64,000 nucleotides of DNA, from assembly GCA_001179505.1 (NCBI GenBank), contig CDMY01000553.1, positions 186,001-250,000 of the forward strand. The letters are read 5' to 3'. Shown here piece after piece: positions 1 through 14,017 of this stretch. A model generated the notes under the pieces. It made no database searches. It was not told the origin of the DNA and saw only the letters and a list, made by a program, of their open reading frames with translations. Origin of the DNA: Vitrella brassicaformis CCMP3155 (taxonomy: Eukaryota > Protista > Chromerida). Position numbers and translations under genes: made by a program. Every line of letters starts with the position of its first letter. Within the stretch, counting starts at the first letter, position 1.

Positions 1-511
1 GAGGCGGTGATGGCTCGGGGAGGATGCCACACTCGTGAGGCCTGCCATCAGGGCAAATCTCACTGGGGTGAGGCGGAGGGGGTGGCGGCTGCGACGGTGG
101 ACAGGGCGGCTGGTTGTTGGACGCATAGACTCGCACGGACAGCGAGGGAGCCATCACGGCAGCCGGGGGAGATGGGGAAGGATGCGGCATCGAATTCGAT
201 TCGTCGTTGGACAACTACACCTTTGTCAAGTCGACTCCTCAGCGCGTCAGGCATGCCCACGGCTCCGCCTCCACGTACCGCGGGTACTTCCGTGGATAGG
301 CACCGAAATAGCCGATCGACGCAAAGGCCATCAAGACCATAGTGGACGGCACAGGATGAGGGCAGGCATCTTGAGAACAGTCTAGTACAGCGAAGACAGC
401 CAAAAGAGGACAGATCTGCAGGCGATGATCTCGCCTAAGTGGGGTAGAGCAGGGATTGCGTTAAACACGAGACTGAGGGGCTAAGCTTGCAGACGCCGAT
501 GAGTTGAGGCG

Positions 512-3500
512 ATGAAGACGTTATTGCCGGGCACACTCATCGGCTTCCTTCTTGTTTTCTCCGCCCTTCAAAGCCGAAGAATCTCCCCATCAGCTGTTGC
601 GGCTGCAGATGAGCACCAGGCGCTTCATGCTGCGGCCGACTCCCGTCCACGATCATCGCCCGACAGCTCTTCGCATCTCCCACCTGACGGTGCACCATCC
701 CGGCAGGCAGCTCCACCCGGGCCGCATAGATCGGACCAGAGCAAAAGCTGGTGGTCGCTTGTGAGGGCGCTGCTCGGCATGATGGGCAAGAGGACACACC
801 AGAGCGACGTCAGCGATGCATCGGACCATGAAGGCGATCCCGATGGCACGGCTGAGAGCGGCGTGAGTGACGAGAATGGTTCGGAGGACTTGCCAATCTC
901 GCCGAAGCCTGGTTTCTGGGCATCGTTTGAGCGGCCTGCGACTCCCGTCGGCTCCCTCCCGCCACCCCTTTCGTCCCCCTCTGCGTCGCCACCTGCTGCC
1001 GCAGCATCAACCAAGGCCCCAAGTGACCATGATGTTGCTGCAGCGAAAAGTCCCTGTCCCTCAAGGAATCCGTTTGCGAGGACAGCAGATGGCAAGTCAC
1101 GTTTGGCACTGGTTGCGTCGCCACAAGATGCCAGCCAGGGACGAGCAGATCTGGATGAGCACGATGGCGATGATGTGGCGGAGTGGGGGAGGAGCAGAAA
1201 ACAGGTGAGGGAGCTCACCAAGCCATTGATGTAGACACGCCTGTGTGCCTACCAGGCCAGAAACACAAGTGGATATGTCGAATCCTGTGTGGTTGTGTTG
1301 TGCGTTCCTCAGGGTTTTCGCCTCACAGCGGCCCACTCCCGTCCCCCTTACCCATCCTCACCCAACCCCTATTTTGCAACCGCTTCAGCCCCCTCACGCA
1401 AGCCCGCCGACCGCCCTGTTGCCTACACCACCATTCCGCCTCTTATCGAGCCGCCAAATCAGCCGGCAGCAAGACCAGCCAAGTGGACGCCTCATGGCAA
1501 GACAGACAAGGCGGCTCTGATCCGGAGGGAGCCGCGATTAACGTTTCGCGGTTTCTGTCACGGCTTGGTGATGGAGGCGGTCAGGCTCTGTCGAGGCAGC
1601 AGAGAAAAAATGGGGCCGCCGGCGCCGGTTGCAGAGAAGACCCTGCGTGGCAAGCAGGTCGATGACGGCCAAGCGGAGGTAGAAAGCGGTTTCCTCTCGC
1701 CAACGCCATCCGCTCCCCGCCCTGCCAGCGGGGGACAGCCGCCACCGCCCACATGCAGCTCTCTCGAGTGGCTGAAGGTCGCCTCCACGCCACAGTGCGT
1801 CGACGCTGATCGAGAGGCAGAGGAGAGGCGAGCTGAGGCTGAGGAGCCGGCCTGTCCCGTTGAGACAGCATGGGCAGTCAACATGGGTCTCTGGCAGACG
1901 AGCAAGGACGGCCTGTGGGTCGGCCACGGCTGTCCAGCACACAGGCCAAGACACCCGCCGCCCCCTGTCCCACCCCCCTACAACGCCACCTACTGGAGCA
2001 GGGCGAAACGGTGTGCGAAACGGCGATTGGTGGACGTGGTGACCAAGTGCCAGTGGCCCGAGAGCCGCGCCAACGGCAGCATTCTTAGGGAGATGGCCTC
2101 GTGGCTGCCGGCCTTCGTGCAGGGGCTGCTGGGCACTGAGGATGAGCCTCAGAACAAGACAGACCTTCTCACCGTGAGGAGCGAGCTGGTCTCCTCGCCG
2201 CGGGCCGTCCATCCTTCGGCCATCGACTGCTCCGTGCGGCTGCCAGAGGTGCACCAGAGCCAGTGCAACGGCACAGCATCGGTGTCTGACGGACTGTTGG
2301 CCGAGAACGACACGGGCAAGGACGATGGCGGCCAGTTCTGCCCCAACGCCATGTGTCGGCGGCTGTGGGCGAAAGGGGTGGAGGTGCCCGGGCGACCGAT
2401 GCGGTTCATCGGGGGAATGGCCTACCCGCGGAGCTACGAGTCTCGCTTCGACTTCGCGTCGCAGGACGCTGGGGCGAGAATAGTGGACTTCTCCCCGCAC
2501 ATCAAGAACGTCAGATCCGTCCTGGTGAGTGATTGGGTAGGGTAAGGTGGTGTCTTGTAAATCTCTCTCTCTCTCTCTCTGTGGGTATCGTGGTGTGTCA
2601 GTCGCCGGATGACGACCGCTACCTGTTGGTGCCTTGCAAGGCTCCCACGTGGTTTGTCATCGCTCTGACGGATGACATCAACCTCGAGCAGCTGGCCCTC
2701 ATCTCCCTCGAGTACTACGCCTCGGGCTTCAGGTGACTGCCACCCACACATACACATACACACCATCTTTGGCGCACAGAGATGGACTGACTTGGATTGT
2801 TCCAATGGTGTGTGCCCGACAGGCACCTTCAGATCTTGGGCAGCTCCAACTATCCGACGACCGATTGGCGGATGTTGGGAGAGATCGAGACGACGCCCTT
2901 CCTGAACAAGGAGCTGTTCGACCTCAAGCCATACTGCAGCCACATCAAAGACAAGGGCTGCTGGGTCAGGTCAGCCAATGAGCGACGCAGGCAGACTGAC
3001 TGACTGATCGTCGATCAGTCAGTAGTGTGTCTGTGTCTGTGTGTGCGTCAGGTATCTCAAGGTGCGTGTGCTGTCGCACCACCGTGACGAGCACAACTAC
3101 TACTGCGCCCTCACACGCATCCAAATATTCGGAACCACAGTCTTCAGCAGGTAGGTATTTAGGCACCAAGAGCAAACCACCGCCAACAGAGCACAGCACG
3201 TCCAGTCCATCAATCTCTGTTCTACCTCACCGCCGTGGTTCAGCCTTCAATCGGAGCTGTCTGACATCGAGAGCAAGGAGGACACCGCTGACAGCCCCGA
3301 CGCGCAGCCGACGGACGCCCCCGCCCCGCCGCACATCGAGGCCGCCCTCACCGAGCTCGAGACCACAGCCGCATCCCTTCTCAGAAAGGCTGACCAGAAA
3401 GTGACCACACTGGCACAGTGACCGAGCCGACACGCACACGATCTGTTTGTTGTCTTGTTGTCTGCCAGGTGTCGCAGCTATCTGGATCTAAGTCTCCTGT

Positions 3501-6500
3501 CAGCCACCACGCATCAGCCCCCGCCAACCGCTCTGACGCGGCCACCCCCCGAGGCGGCCCGGTGAAAGCACCCAAGCCACGGGACACCCCACCACCTCCT
3601 GAGAGCAAGAAGGCCACAGACACCGAGGATGAGGGAAGGGACCAGTCCCAGACAGCGGGATCTCCCAGCTTGGCGGACCTGCTGTCGTCCCTCAACCTCG
3701 AGCAGCACGAGCACTGGGACTACCGCCCTCCCCTCTCTGCCCCGCCATCCATATCTCCCTCCCCGCCCATCCACCACCAGGCGCGTGTGCCGGTGCCGAT
3801 GCACGACATGCTGCAGCGCCACTCGTACCTGATGGAGACCACACTCAAGAAATACGGCACACTCAGCGACGACTTCATGGACTGGCTCGCCGGCAGGTGG
3901 GCGTCGGGGCCGGGTGCCGCCCCCGGACACCCGCCCCCGCCGACAGTCGACCCCGCGTTGGCTAACATGTCCCTCGCACCGGCGACGGCCACACCCACAG
4001 CCCCACAGCCGGCAGATGGGCTGGCGCAGCTGTTTGGGCTGCTGGGAGGCCATCAGGCGGTGCTCTATCCCAGCGCTCTCAGCCAGCACCATCCCCACCC
4101 GTCATGGGCGGTGAATGGGGGTGCTGCCACCGGGTCAGCGGGGGAGAACAGGGGGGGCGGCTCGGCGGCTGCGGATGGCGGGGGCTCTGCTGGCGGACAG
4201 GGACAGGCCAACACACACCATCCACATCCACATGCCCATCCGCATGTACCTCCCAAGGACACGCACAAGACAACTGGTAGGTAGCCCGACCCTGCAAGCA
4301 AGGACACGACACATACGTGTGTGTGAAGGACCTCTGGTCTGTGGTGTGTTCAGCTGCGAGTGACCGCGGCCATGTGTTGCTGACGCTGGTCGACCGCATG
4401 AAGAGTGTGGAGATACAGACACACACCGTCCGCAACAGGACCTTCGAGCTACTGGGCGCCCTTCAGCACCACGAGGCCCACCTGGCCTACCTCGGGGGCG
4501 TCTCCCTCTTCACCCAACACGCCGTCGACTTCCAGTTCTCACGGCTCCTCGAGATCGAGACGCGCATCGAGGAGCTCGCCAGAGAAGTGGCCTTCCAGCA
4601 GTACGGCCACCGCCCAATCACGTGGCCGCTGCACAAGAACCCCTTCATGCCAAGGGGCGACCCACAGCTGCCTTCCGCCGGCAAGACCACGCCATGGTAC
4701 GGCTTTCATCCTTTCGCTTCGTTCAACGCCACGGGGGCCAAGCCATCGCGGGACCAGCCGGGGGCGGGCCAGGGGGACAAGAGGGGAGACGGATTCCGAT
4801 ATGGCGACCGGACGCCTTTTGACGATTTGCAGGCATTGCTGGAGAGTGTGAGGCGGTTTGCGGCGGCGGTTGGGAGTCTGTGGCCAATGAAGTGGGGAGG
4901 GTGGCAGGCTGGGCGGCCGATTGATGGTGCTGGTGCTGGCAGCGGTCCTCCTCCGACCGTGGTCCGGTCGCCCCCGATCGGCTGGGACCGCTTCCTCATT
5001 TATGTGGTGCTCATGCTGCAGCTTGTACAGCTATTCCGGTAGGTTACGCGCACGAGGCAAGAGGCAGCCCCCCTGCATGGCCGTGGATGTCACCCTCCCC
5101 CCCATGTGTCGCATTGCATGCAGGTCATCCGAGCTCCGTCTACCCCTGATGCGCCGCACCTCCCAAACTGGCCGTCTGCAGCGCTCCCAGTCGCTGCCAT
5201 CCAGGCTGAAGCTCACCATCACCACACCGTCACGACTGCTGCCGACCCAACTACCGTCACGGTGGCCAAGCTGGGAGCGGCTCGGCAAGTCGGCACTGCT
5301 GTCCATCGTCGAGTTCTTCATGGCCAGGCTCGAGCAGCTCAGACGGCCCCTGCAGAGGGGTGTTGACGGCGAGCACTGGCGACAGGGCAGAGCGGTGTCA
5401 CGAGAGGAAATGGGTGAGGGGAGAGGCGACGTGCAGATGACCGATTCCCGCGTCGCTCGCGCTTCCTACCGACAGCGCACCGTCGGCCACCCTGACCAGC
5501 TGAAAAGCACCAGGCTAGATCCGCGGACAACGGGACCGCCTGACGTGCGAGATGCAGCCATCGCGCGGTGGACGGGCGGGAGGCGCCATCTGGGCGGCGG
5601 CGCACACCGGCATGTGCGCAGGAGGAGAGATGAGGGCTCGGGTGCCGTGAGGGGCAAGGGGGAGAGTGAGGGCAGCCCTCCGCCATTCATCACGCTGGCC
5701 AACCTCAGCCAGGACAAGACCTCGGGGCTGCCGCCAATGCCGCCAAAACGGGCGAGAAGACGCCCAACAGCGGTCAGCAAGCGACCGAATGAATAGCCAC
5801 GACGACACATACACACACATCACATGCTGTCTTGTTTGTGTGATGGGATGTCCTGGCTCAGGACCCCTCTAGCCACGCCAATGGCGGCCACCCCGACACC
5901 CGGTCTCTGCGCACAGTCAGCACGCCCCCCGGCACCGATGACGACGAGATGGATGGCGATGAGGATTCCTTTGCCGGCGGCGATAGGTCGCCCACACACT
6001 CCGCCTCTCGCAGCCAGGTCAGCGGGCTGGAGGCGGTGCAGACCGATGAGGACGACATGCACCCCCGGTCGAGCAAGAAGATGCGGGTGGTCCCGAGTAT
6101 TGATGTGGACGACTCCCCGGCCCATGTGCTGCATCGCGACGGCTCGCGAGAGATGCTCACCGTGGTGTCGGCCACCAGCCGGGCGAGCCAGCCGTCGTAC
6201 TTCTCCGCCTCGGGGGAGGAAAGCCAGACGGACAGCAGGACGCCACGGCATTCAATTAGGCGACACCATCACCGCACTATGTCGGGCCGCCACCCCCACG
6301 CCCATCCCCAGCCGGCGCCTCCGTCTTCGCCCCCGTTGCTGCCCTTCTCCCCTTCCCCCTCGTCGGTCCCATCATCGCACTATGATGACCGCCACACCCT
6401 CGCCAGCCACTTCGGTCAGCTGAGCAGCAATGCCGACGTCATGTCGGCCGTGTCGGTGCCACTTTCTTCCGAGGAGGGCTCGCCGACTGTGGTAAGCGAG

Positions 6501-6854
6501 CTGAGTGCGCGGAGGCCTCAGCAGCTGCGGCTGCAGACGCCGCCAAGGGAGATTGAGGGCGGCACACGAGAGACGGAAGAGGTGCGTGTGGATAATCGAC
6601 ACAACACATGGGTGGCCCGTGTGTATGTGTGTGTCCCATGTGTGTGCCATGTGTGTTGGATGCAGGATTCGTTTCACTGGTCGTTGGATAGCCCTCCCCC
6701 GCAGCCCGCCAGCACCACCATCGACGCTGACCAGGTGCAGCCGGCCATAGGGGCACCAGTGGTGCCGACAGATGGGCTGCCGGCGGTGCCGAGGCCACAG
6801 GCCTCACAGGCCTCACAGGAGGAGGAGGAGCAGCCGACAGACAGCGAGCCGTGA
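512..6854 (+). CDS. SLP1: Mid-SUN domain membrane protein (SLP1/SUCO-like), multi-exon
   Basis: N-terminal signal peptide (MKTLLPGTLIGFLLVFSALQ). Exons spliced across GT-AG introns (~2430-3150) read FDFASQDAGARIV...DDRYLLVPCKAPTWFVIALTDDI...SSNYPTTDWRMLGEI...RYLKVRVLSHHRDEHNYYCALTRIQIFG, the Sad1/UNC SUN consensus. Followed by a coiled-coil-like segment, a TM helix (FLIYVVLMLQLVQLF, ~4990-5035) and a low-complexity tail ending at TGA 6854. Confidence 0.85.
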
Positions 6855-7513
6855 TGTGATGACAGACAGGGAAGAGCAGCAGACAGCTGAGAGACCTGTG
6901 AGTGAGTGTGTGTGTTATGTCGGTAATGAAATGACTGTGTACAGCAGAGGAGAGGAGAGGAGACTGTGTGTGGCTCGGTGTGACTGATAGACAGTATCCA
7001 TCAATCAGTGTCGTCGTCTCGTCTTTGTATGTAGGAGGGAGAGAGGGGCGGCAGAGAGGGCAGAGAGGTGTGCGTCTGTCTGTCTGTCTTGGTGTGTGTG
7101 TGTGAGGATACCGATGTCATGACCGACCGACCTGCCTGGTGAATGGATGAATGAATGCCCGTGGTCTGGTCGAATGCATCTCGCATCTGTTTGCCAATGG
7201 TTTGACTTCTCGAGATAGGATGGTATGGATTCAAGTCAATCAGTGAGATCTCGAAAGAGAAGGAGTCGTTTCTGCCGAGGTTTGCGAATTCAAGAGGGAG
7301 AATGGGCAACACGTGGGTGCATTCATAACAATGACATGGATGCGTATCTATGGCACTCGAGTAGTGTCCTCGGCTGTCCCCCAACTAGTGTTGTCTCACT
7401 CAGTGGGCGCGCAGATGGCGAGCCACCTGGTTGCCCCACTGTTCCTCTCGTAAGGCGGCAGCCGGGCATTCGGTCGGGCTGCTCTCTCGCCTCTCTGTCT
7501 GTACACTTAGCGG

Positions 7514-9895
7514 CTATTCACAGTGGCAACTCACTATCTCCCCCCTCTCCTCCTCATCAGCGTCACTGTCGTCCCACGGCCATATCAGCATCGTGACGGT
7601 CAGCTGGTGCTCACGAGGCCGGGCTGCCAGGTCCTCGATTGATGAGCCCTGACCATTGTAGTCATCGAAGCGCTTGTAGGCGATCGGGAAGGGCACCTCC
7701 ATCCCGTACTCGGCCATGCCGTCGCGCACACGGCCCTGGCGGAACAGCAAGTCGAGCTCGTTCTCGACTCGGTCAGCGTCGCTAGGGGCGGTGAAGATGT
7801 CGGCCCGCTCGTTCAGCTTGAAGGTGGTGGCGTGTTTGGGCCGCACCTCGTGGATGAGGCGGAAGAGGTCCCGCAGCCGCTCGGGGACGCTCTCGGCTCT
7901 CGCGTTGTAGATGTCCTGGGCGCTGGCCACCATGTACATGTCGATGGGCTGGATCTCGATGCTGAGCTCTTCCACAGTAGGGTACTGTCGGGCGGTGTGC
8001 GGTGAGGGGAAGGCGACCGGAGCGGCCGCCTTGGTGCGGGGCCGGTTGAAGAAGAGCGGCTCGTTGTGCACTATCTCCAACTTCTGATCGACGCACACAA
8101 TGCGAAATGGATGGATCAGGCTCGATGTCTTGATGCAAGGATGGCACCACCATAAGTACCTTGAGCGGTTTGGCGACGCCCTGCTGGATGTATGTGAGCG
8201 CCTCTGAGGCCAGGATGCCGCTGACCGTCCCGAAGCGCACGTGTGTGAGTGCGGGGAGGGATGAGAGGAGGCGGGAGAGTCGGTTGGGCGTGGTGGGCGG
8301 CATCAGGTACTCCGGGTCGCACGTTGGCACATAGCGCTTGTTGCCGTTGTCCGTCAGGTACAGCTCCGTCACATTACTGAATTGGCACATCCACAGAGAT
8401 TAAGCGAAGCGTCTTTATTACTCTCTCTCTCTCTCTCTCTCTCACACCACAGTGACTTGAGCGTGGTCTCCTCGATCAGCCAGTGGGGGATGCTGTTGAA
8501 GGACTCGGCAGCGACATCGGGGCCGCGAATGCCGAGCTCGATATCCAGGCGGCGCGCGCTATCGAGGCGGATGCCGCTGAAGTGCGGGCTGGTGGGATCG
8601 CCGGACCGGCTATCGCACTCATCCAATGACACACGGTCGCCCCCCACCGCATGGCGCTTGATGGTCTCCACCACGGCGAGGGTCTCGGCGGTCGGCGGGC
8701 CCTCGGTGGTCTCACCATGGCAGTCTATGGATGTCGTCCCTCCCTCTCTCACCACCTCCCACCCCATCTTCTCCGCCTCGCGAATCGTTTCCAGTGAGTC
8801 ATTGGACCAGACAGGTCGATGGTCCAGGTCATGGACAATGCGAAGGAAGCAGTTGACCTTGAGGTGGCGCTTGGTGGCGGCTCCTGCTTGGGAGGGCGAG
8901 GGGAAGGGGGAGGGGGAGGGTGCCGCACTTGCGCTGCTGGACGAGCCAGCCCCCGCACCGCCGCCGCTGCCTGGCGCGAGCTGCCGCAGCAATGTCAGCT
9001 CGCTGGTTCTCTCACTTGCCGTGCTGCCCCACAGCTTGAGGTGGCCGACGTGGCGCAGGTTCTTGAGCGATGAGAGGGCAGCGGTGGTGAGGGGCATGAC
9101 GGAGTTGCGGCCGTAGACACGTGTACAGCAGCAGAGCAGTGGGAAGATGTCCAGGTGAGTGAGGGATGGGGACGAGCCGAGGATGAACGCCAAACTGCCA
9201 TCGAACGCGGCCCGCATGGATGCCTGCATGGATGCCCACTTGCCGGGGATGTACATTCCGACGAGGTGTGATGTCTCCCTCTCAGAGAGGACCTTGCCAG
9301 TGAGCCGGTCGAGTGCCGGGCAGACGAGCTTCCGCTGCTGGAACAGGTGCAGTCCGTCGAGGCTGTCCACCTCAACCGACGTCACCGAGGGAAACACCGC
9401 ATCGGGCCCCTTGACTTGCGCCACCGGCAGGTCACTCCCCTCTTCATCGGCATCATCATCCCCGTCTCGCTGCTGCTTGGCCTGTGTCGTTTGGACGGCC
9501 TTGAGCGTGTCGGTGTGGCTGACCAGCTGCAGCGACACAAAGGCGAAGAGCCGCGCCCGGCCGATCTCCTTGACCTCCTCCTCTCTGGGCAGCAGGATGA
9601 CGGCGTGCTGCTGCTGCTCGAACGTCACCAGGCTGCCGCCCGGTCCCTTGCAGCTGAGGCCGTGGTTGGGGCGGTGCCAGTTGATGACGCGGATCAGCGA
9701 GTAGATGGCCCAGTAGAAGGCCCGGCAGACACAGCTCGTCGCCAGGCGCTCCTTGACGGACTGATATGATGACACATTGAGCCAGATGAGCCCATCGAGA
9801 AGGCTCGTGAGGCTATTCGACGCGATGCGGTTGGACGGGTCGTCACTCTGGGACGAAGCGGCTGTGCGCGGCGCTTTGGCTGGCGGGCCGTCCAT
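7514..9895 (-). CDS. Lineage-specific F-box-like / degenerate LRR-like hypothetical protein (~3 exons)
   Basis: ORFs 8369-9895, 8160-8380 and 7514-8098 join into one gene. The N-terminal LLDGLIWLNVSSYQSVKERLATSCVCRAF resembles an F-box, and Leu-rich repeat-like segments follow (SPSLTHLDI, LSSLKNLRHVGHL, LPALTHVRF). Confidence 0.6.
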
Positions 9896-10183
9896 CGCTC
9901 ACCACACCACACACCAGAGATCAGCTCAGCTACACGCTACAGCTTCCTGTAGGTCCACACACACGGAAGCACAGGAAGATGCCATGCCGTCTGGCATGCT
10001 GTTGCGCCCGACCCGCTTACAGTTCGTGCGATGAATGTATGGCTGCCGGCACGTCTTCTTGGAAGCCCGTCGGATGGCAGGCAGCCGATGGGTTGCTCGG
10101 ACTTGAGGGTGCGCTACAACAGCCAAGACCTCACCGAACGCTCATACAACCGTCCTCCTCCCCGCCTCCTTTTCCCTTGACTT

Positions 10184-10193
10184 TTGCGAGCTT
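10184..10193 (+). promoter_or_regulatory. Candidate promoter element TTGCGAGCTT
   Basis: Lies in the spacer between divergent ATGs at 9895 (-) and 10219 (+). The same motif recurs in other divergent spacers. Confidence 0.5.
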
Positions 10194-10218
10194 GAAGCCG
10201 AAAAAAAAGGCAGAGGGA

Positions 10219-10733
10219 ATGGCGGAGGCCCCTGAGGACAGCCGTCAGGGGTGGGCGCTGCTCGTGGCGATATCAGAATGCGTCAAGTAAGAAAGATCAC
10301 TCATTCATCTCGCCAGACGACCCGACGCACAAACCGGCCGCTCTCTTTCTGCAGATCCAAAGACGTCGACAGGCTCGAGCAGCTGCTGGATGACAACAGA
10401 GAGGTACCCAACCCGACAAACGCGCCAAGAGCACAAAACAAAGTCGGTGGATGGTGGTTGTTTTGTGTTGGCAGCTCATCGAGCGGCTGGAGGCCTCCCT
10501 GAGGACCGACAACGACGGAAGGTTAGCAAGCATGCGGCTCTCGGCTGGTTACTTCCTCATGTGCGTTGCTGTGTGTTTGCCGCCTCTGTGTAGCCGCCAG
10601 GAGGAGACGAACGCGGAGGACACGAATGAAGACCCACCTTCGGAGGAGGAGCCACCACCATCACCATCGCCACCACCACCAGTGCAACCTGCCGTCGACA
10701 CGTCCACCGAACCATCCGAGAGCGGCAGCAATG

Positions 10734-10770
<37 letters not shown>

Positions 10771-13700
10771 CCAGGACCACAAGCAGCAACAGGACCACCA
10801 GGAGGAACACCAGAAGAAGCCCTCGCCGATGCTGCTGTGTCTGTCTGGGGCAAGCCACGCTATTCTCTATGTCAGCATGCTGCTCGAGTGCCTCGGCAAG
10901 GCGCTGATCTCAGCCATGCACCTCTACCCCATTTGGTGTGTGGCGGTCATCCTGTCGGTCGCCCTGCTGGTGCACTCGCCCGGCCTGTCCTACGGCGACT
11001 TCGTCATGGACGACACGGTGGCCGTCGTCAAGAACAGCGACGTGACGGGGGCGGCATTCAGCTGGCGGCAGCTGATGCGCCACGACTTCTGGGGCAGCGA
11101 CATGTTCACCGAGGGCGTCTGGACGCACAAGTCCTTCAGGCCCTTCACCACACTCTCATACCGATTCAACTACCTCCTGAGCGGCATCGACACGACGGCA
11201 TTCCACGCCACCAACGTGCTGCTGCACCTGCCCGTCGTCCTGCTGGTGGCCGTGGCGTGCTACTCGGTGCTGGGGCTCGGCAGAGTGCAGTCGCTGATTG
11301 CGGCCGGTTTGTTTGCCGTCCACCCCGTCCACACGGAGAACGTCTTCTACCTCGTTGGCAGGGCCGACATACTCGCGGCGATCCCATTCGTCATGGCCAT
11401 CATCGACTACGCGGCGGCCTTCTCGCCCTTCTTTCGGCCTGTGGGCGACCTGCTGGCCGGGCAGATGCAGCCACTGGCGGTCCTCTGTGACCTGCTCATG
11501 GATGGCAAGAGGAGAAGGAAGCCGTCGAAAGGGGAGGAGGGGGATGGCACTGGGCCTGGTGAAGCTGTGGCGTGGTCAGAAGAGGCCCGGGGTGGTCATC
11601 ATGCGAGAGGTTCAGAGGGAGGAGGATGGAGCGATGCGAGCCTGCGGGATGGGGCTGTTGCCATGCTTCGACTGGTGATCTGGGCAACGCTGGCGGGGCT
11701 CTGCAAGGTCAGATGGACGCATCAATACAATACACACACAACCAGGGAGGAAGTAAAGCCATCTCTCTCTCTCTCCCTCTCTTCTTTTCGCAGGAGATCG
11801 GCTTCACCGTGTACGGCATCATCTTCCTGCTGGAGGCCCTCACCCTACACCACCACATCATGCAGATCGTCCACACACCCACAGCACCCCCAGCAGCAGC
11901 AGCGACCAAGACACACTGCCTCAAGAGCGCCCTCCGTCTGCTCATCGTGGCCACACTGACGGCCTTCACGTTCGTGGCGCGGCACCGATACACGGGCGGG
12001 ACGACTCTGAAGATGTCCCCACAAGACAACCCCATCAGCTTCGAGCCCCTCTTCAAGACACGCGCCCTCAGCTTCGCCTACATCCACTCGGTCTACGGGC
12101 GGCTGCTCGTCTGGCCGTTCTTCCTCTGCTATGACTACTCCAAGGAAGCCATCCCCATGGTGCGATCTTTCGGTGACATGCGGTTGCTGGCGCCTCTGGC
12201 CTGCTACCTCTCCCTCGCGAGCGCCTGTGTGTGGGGCCTGGTGACGTTGCTGACCACCCGACGGGAGAGGCATGGCGAGGGCCGTGCCGTGGCGATGGGT
12301 CTGGCGCTGCTGGTGGTGCCCTTTCTGCCGGCGAGCAATGTGCTGTTCCACGTGGGGACTGTGGTTGGCGAGCGGCTGCTGTACCTGCCGTCCATCGGCT
12401 TCTGCGTCATGGTGCCGTGTGTCGTGGCCACTATCGTGAAGAGATCTGAGTCGATGCGCAGCAGCGGCAATGGCAATGGCAGCAAGGGAGAGAGGGGAGG
12501 TCACCGGCTGGCGTGTCTGATGGTGCTCGTGTGTGGCGTGACGGTCGCGGTGTGGGGATACCGCTCATACCTGAGAGTGAGAAGAAACGAGGGCAGACAT
12601 GTGTCTGTGTATGTGTGTGTGTGTGTGTGTCATCAAGTGCGTGTGTGGGTTTGTCTGTCACTCACTCACTCATTCACTCATGTGTGGCTGTCTGTCAGGC
12701 TCTGACATGGGAGAGTGGCGCCCGTCTCAACATAGTGGATGGGCTGCGGCAGCTCAGGTCCGCCAAGACACAGTTCAACCTCGGCATCACTTACATGATG
12801 GCCCAACAATTCGACATGGTTGGTACCTACCACCTGCACACACACACACATCTCTGCGATTTATCATCTTCTCTGTGTGTCTGGATTTGGTCAGGCTAGG
12901 GAAGCGTTGCAGCGGTCCATCTCTGCTGATCCCGAGAGCGTGCTGCCCTACTGGCGCCTCGGCCAGATGTGCATCTTCCAGGGCAACTTCTCAGACGCTG
13001 AGGTCGGCTGCGGACCGGACAGACAGACACCAACACAAACCGACACGCAGGCAGACTGAGTGAGTGCGTCCACATCCATCTGAGTGCTGTGTGTCAGAAT
13101 TGGCTGGGCGAGGCGCGTAGCAAGTACGGCGGTACGTTTGTGGTACGTGACGAGGAGGTCTTCCACGACTATGCGGTGGCGCTGCACCACAACGGCAAGC
13201 CCCAAGAGGCCGTAGAGAACCTACAGCTGGCACTGAAACTAAACCCAAAGTGAGCGGGCGACGGAGGGTCTCGGCGTATGCGTGTATGTTGGTCGTGGAC
13301 AGCTTTGCGAAGGGGCTTAACAACTTGGCGTGCGCCACTGTGCAGAAGGACATTCGGACAGCGCTCGACTATGTCAAAAAGGTAATTAAGTCCGGCAAGG
13401 AAGGCAATTACCACACCTACAATCATGAGCCAGCCGAGCAGCCATTTCCTGTACGTACACCTCCCTAACTCATCCACTGGTGTCTGTCTGTCTGTCTGTC
13501 TGGTGTGTGTGTGTGTGTGTGTTCAGGCAGTAGAGTCGTCCCCCCATCAGATTCTCTACTGGGCCAACCTCCACCTGCTGGCGCGACACACAGGTGCCAC
13601 ACCACACCACACCTCGACACACACTGAAACTCTTTCTTATTGTTTGTGTGGTCTCTGCCTGTCTGTCTGTCTGTCTGTGTGCAGGTGAGAAGCACTTGGC

Positions 13701-13788
13701 GGACATGGCGCTCCAGAGTGCCCAGCAGCTAGATCTCGGCTTCACTGCGCAAAGCACATGCGTGTGGCAGTTCGAGCCCGCCGAATGA
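10219..13788 (+). CDS. TMTC: TMTC-family protein O-mannosyltransferase (DUF1736 + TPR repeats), multi-exon
   Basis: Motifs GDFVMDDTVAVVKNSDV, HDFWG, HKSFRPFTTLSYRFNY, FAVHPVHTENV, DNPISF...LLVWPFFLCYDYS (DUF1736) and PFLPASNVLFHVGTVVGERLLYLPSIGFC. C-terminal TPR-like exons (AKTQFNLGITYM, LPYWRLGQMCIFQG). Stop TGA at 13786-13788. Confidence 0.93.
10739..10768 (+). repeat. (CAG)10 encoding a poly-Gln tract in the TMTC N-terminal extension
   Basis: Perfect CAG array read directly from the sequence. Confidence 0.95.
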
Positions 13789-14017
13789 ATGAATGAGACA
13801 GAGCCAAGCCCCGTGCGGCGGAGTGCACTGCGCGTAGAGAAGAGCGGAGTAGACAGACTGTAGGAGATATAGATCGGCATTAATGATTTGCACATAGCGT
13901 GGAGTGCGAGACACACAGATACACACATGTGAATACATAGACTTAGGCTCTATATATCGTCTGGCTTGCTGAATGACCTACCTGTAAGACACATACACAC
14001 ACACACGGGCTGCCTGC

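Noticed and set aside
512-6854. Treating the SUN-region ORFs (512-1234, 1289-2545, 3418-4284, 4317-5042, 4921-5796, 5949-6854) as separate genes
   Set aside because: In-phase GT-AG introns join the junctions I checked into one mid-SUN protein with the expected signal, SUN, coil and TM order.
7001-7384. Lower-GC minus ORF (PILPLEFANLGRNDSFSFEISLIDLNPY...) between convergent genes
   Set aside because: No recognisable homology, convincing splice context or codon bias; probably 3' UTR or intergenic.
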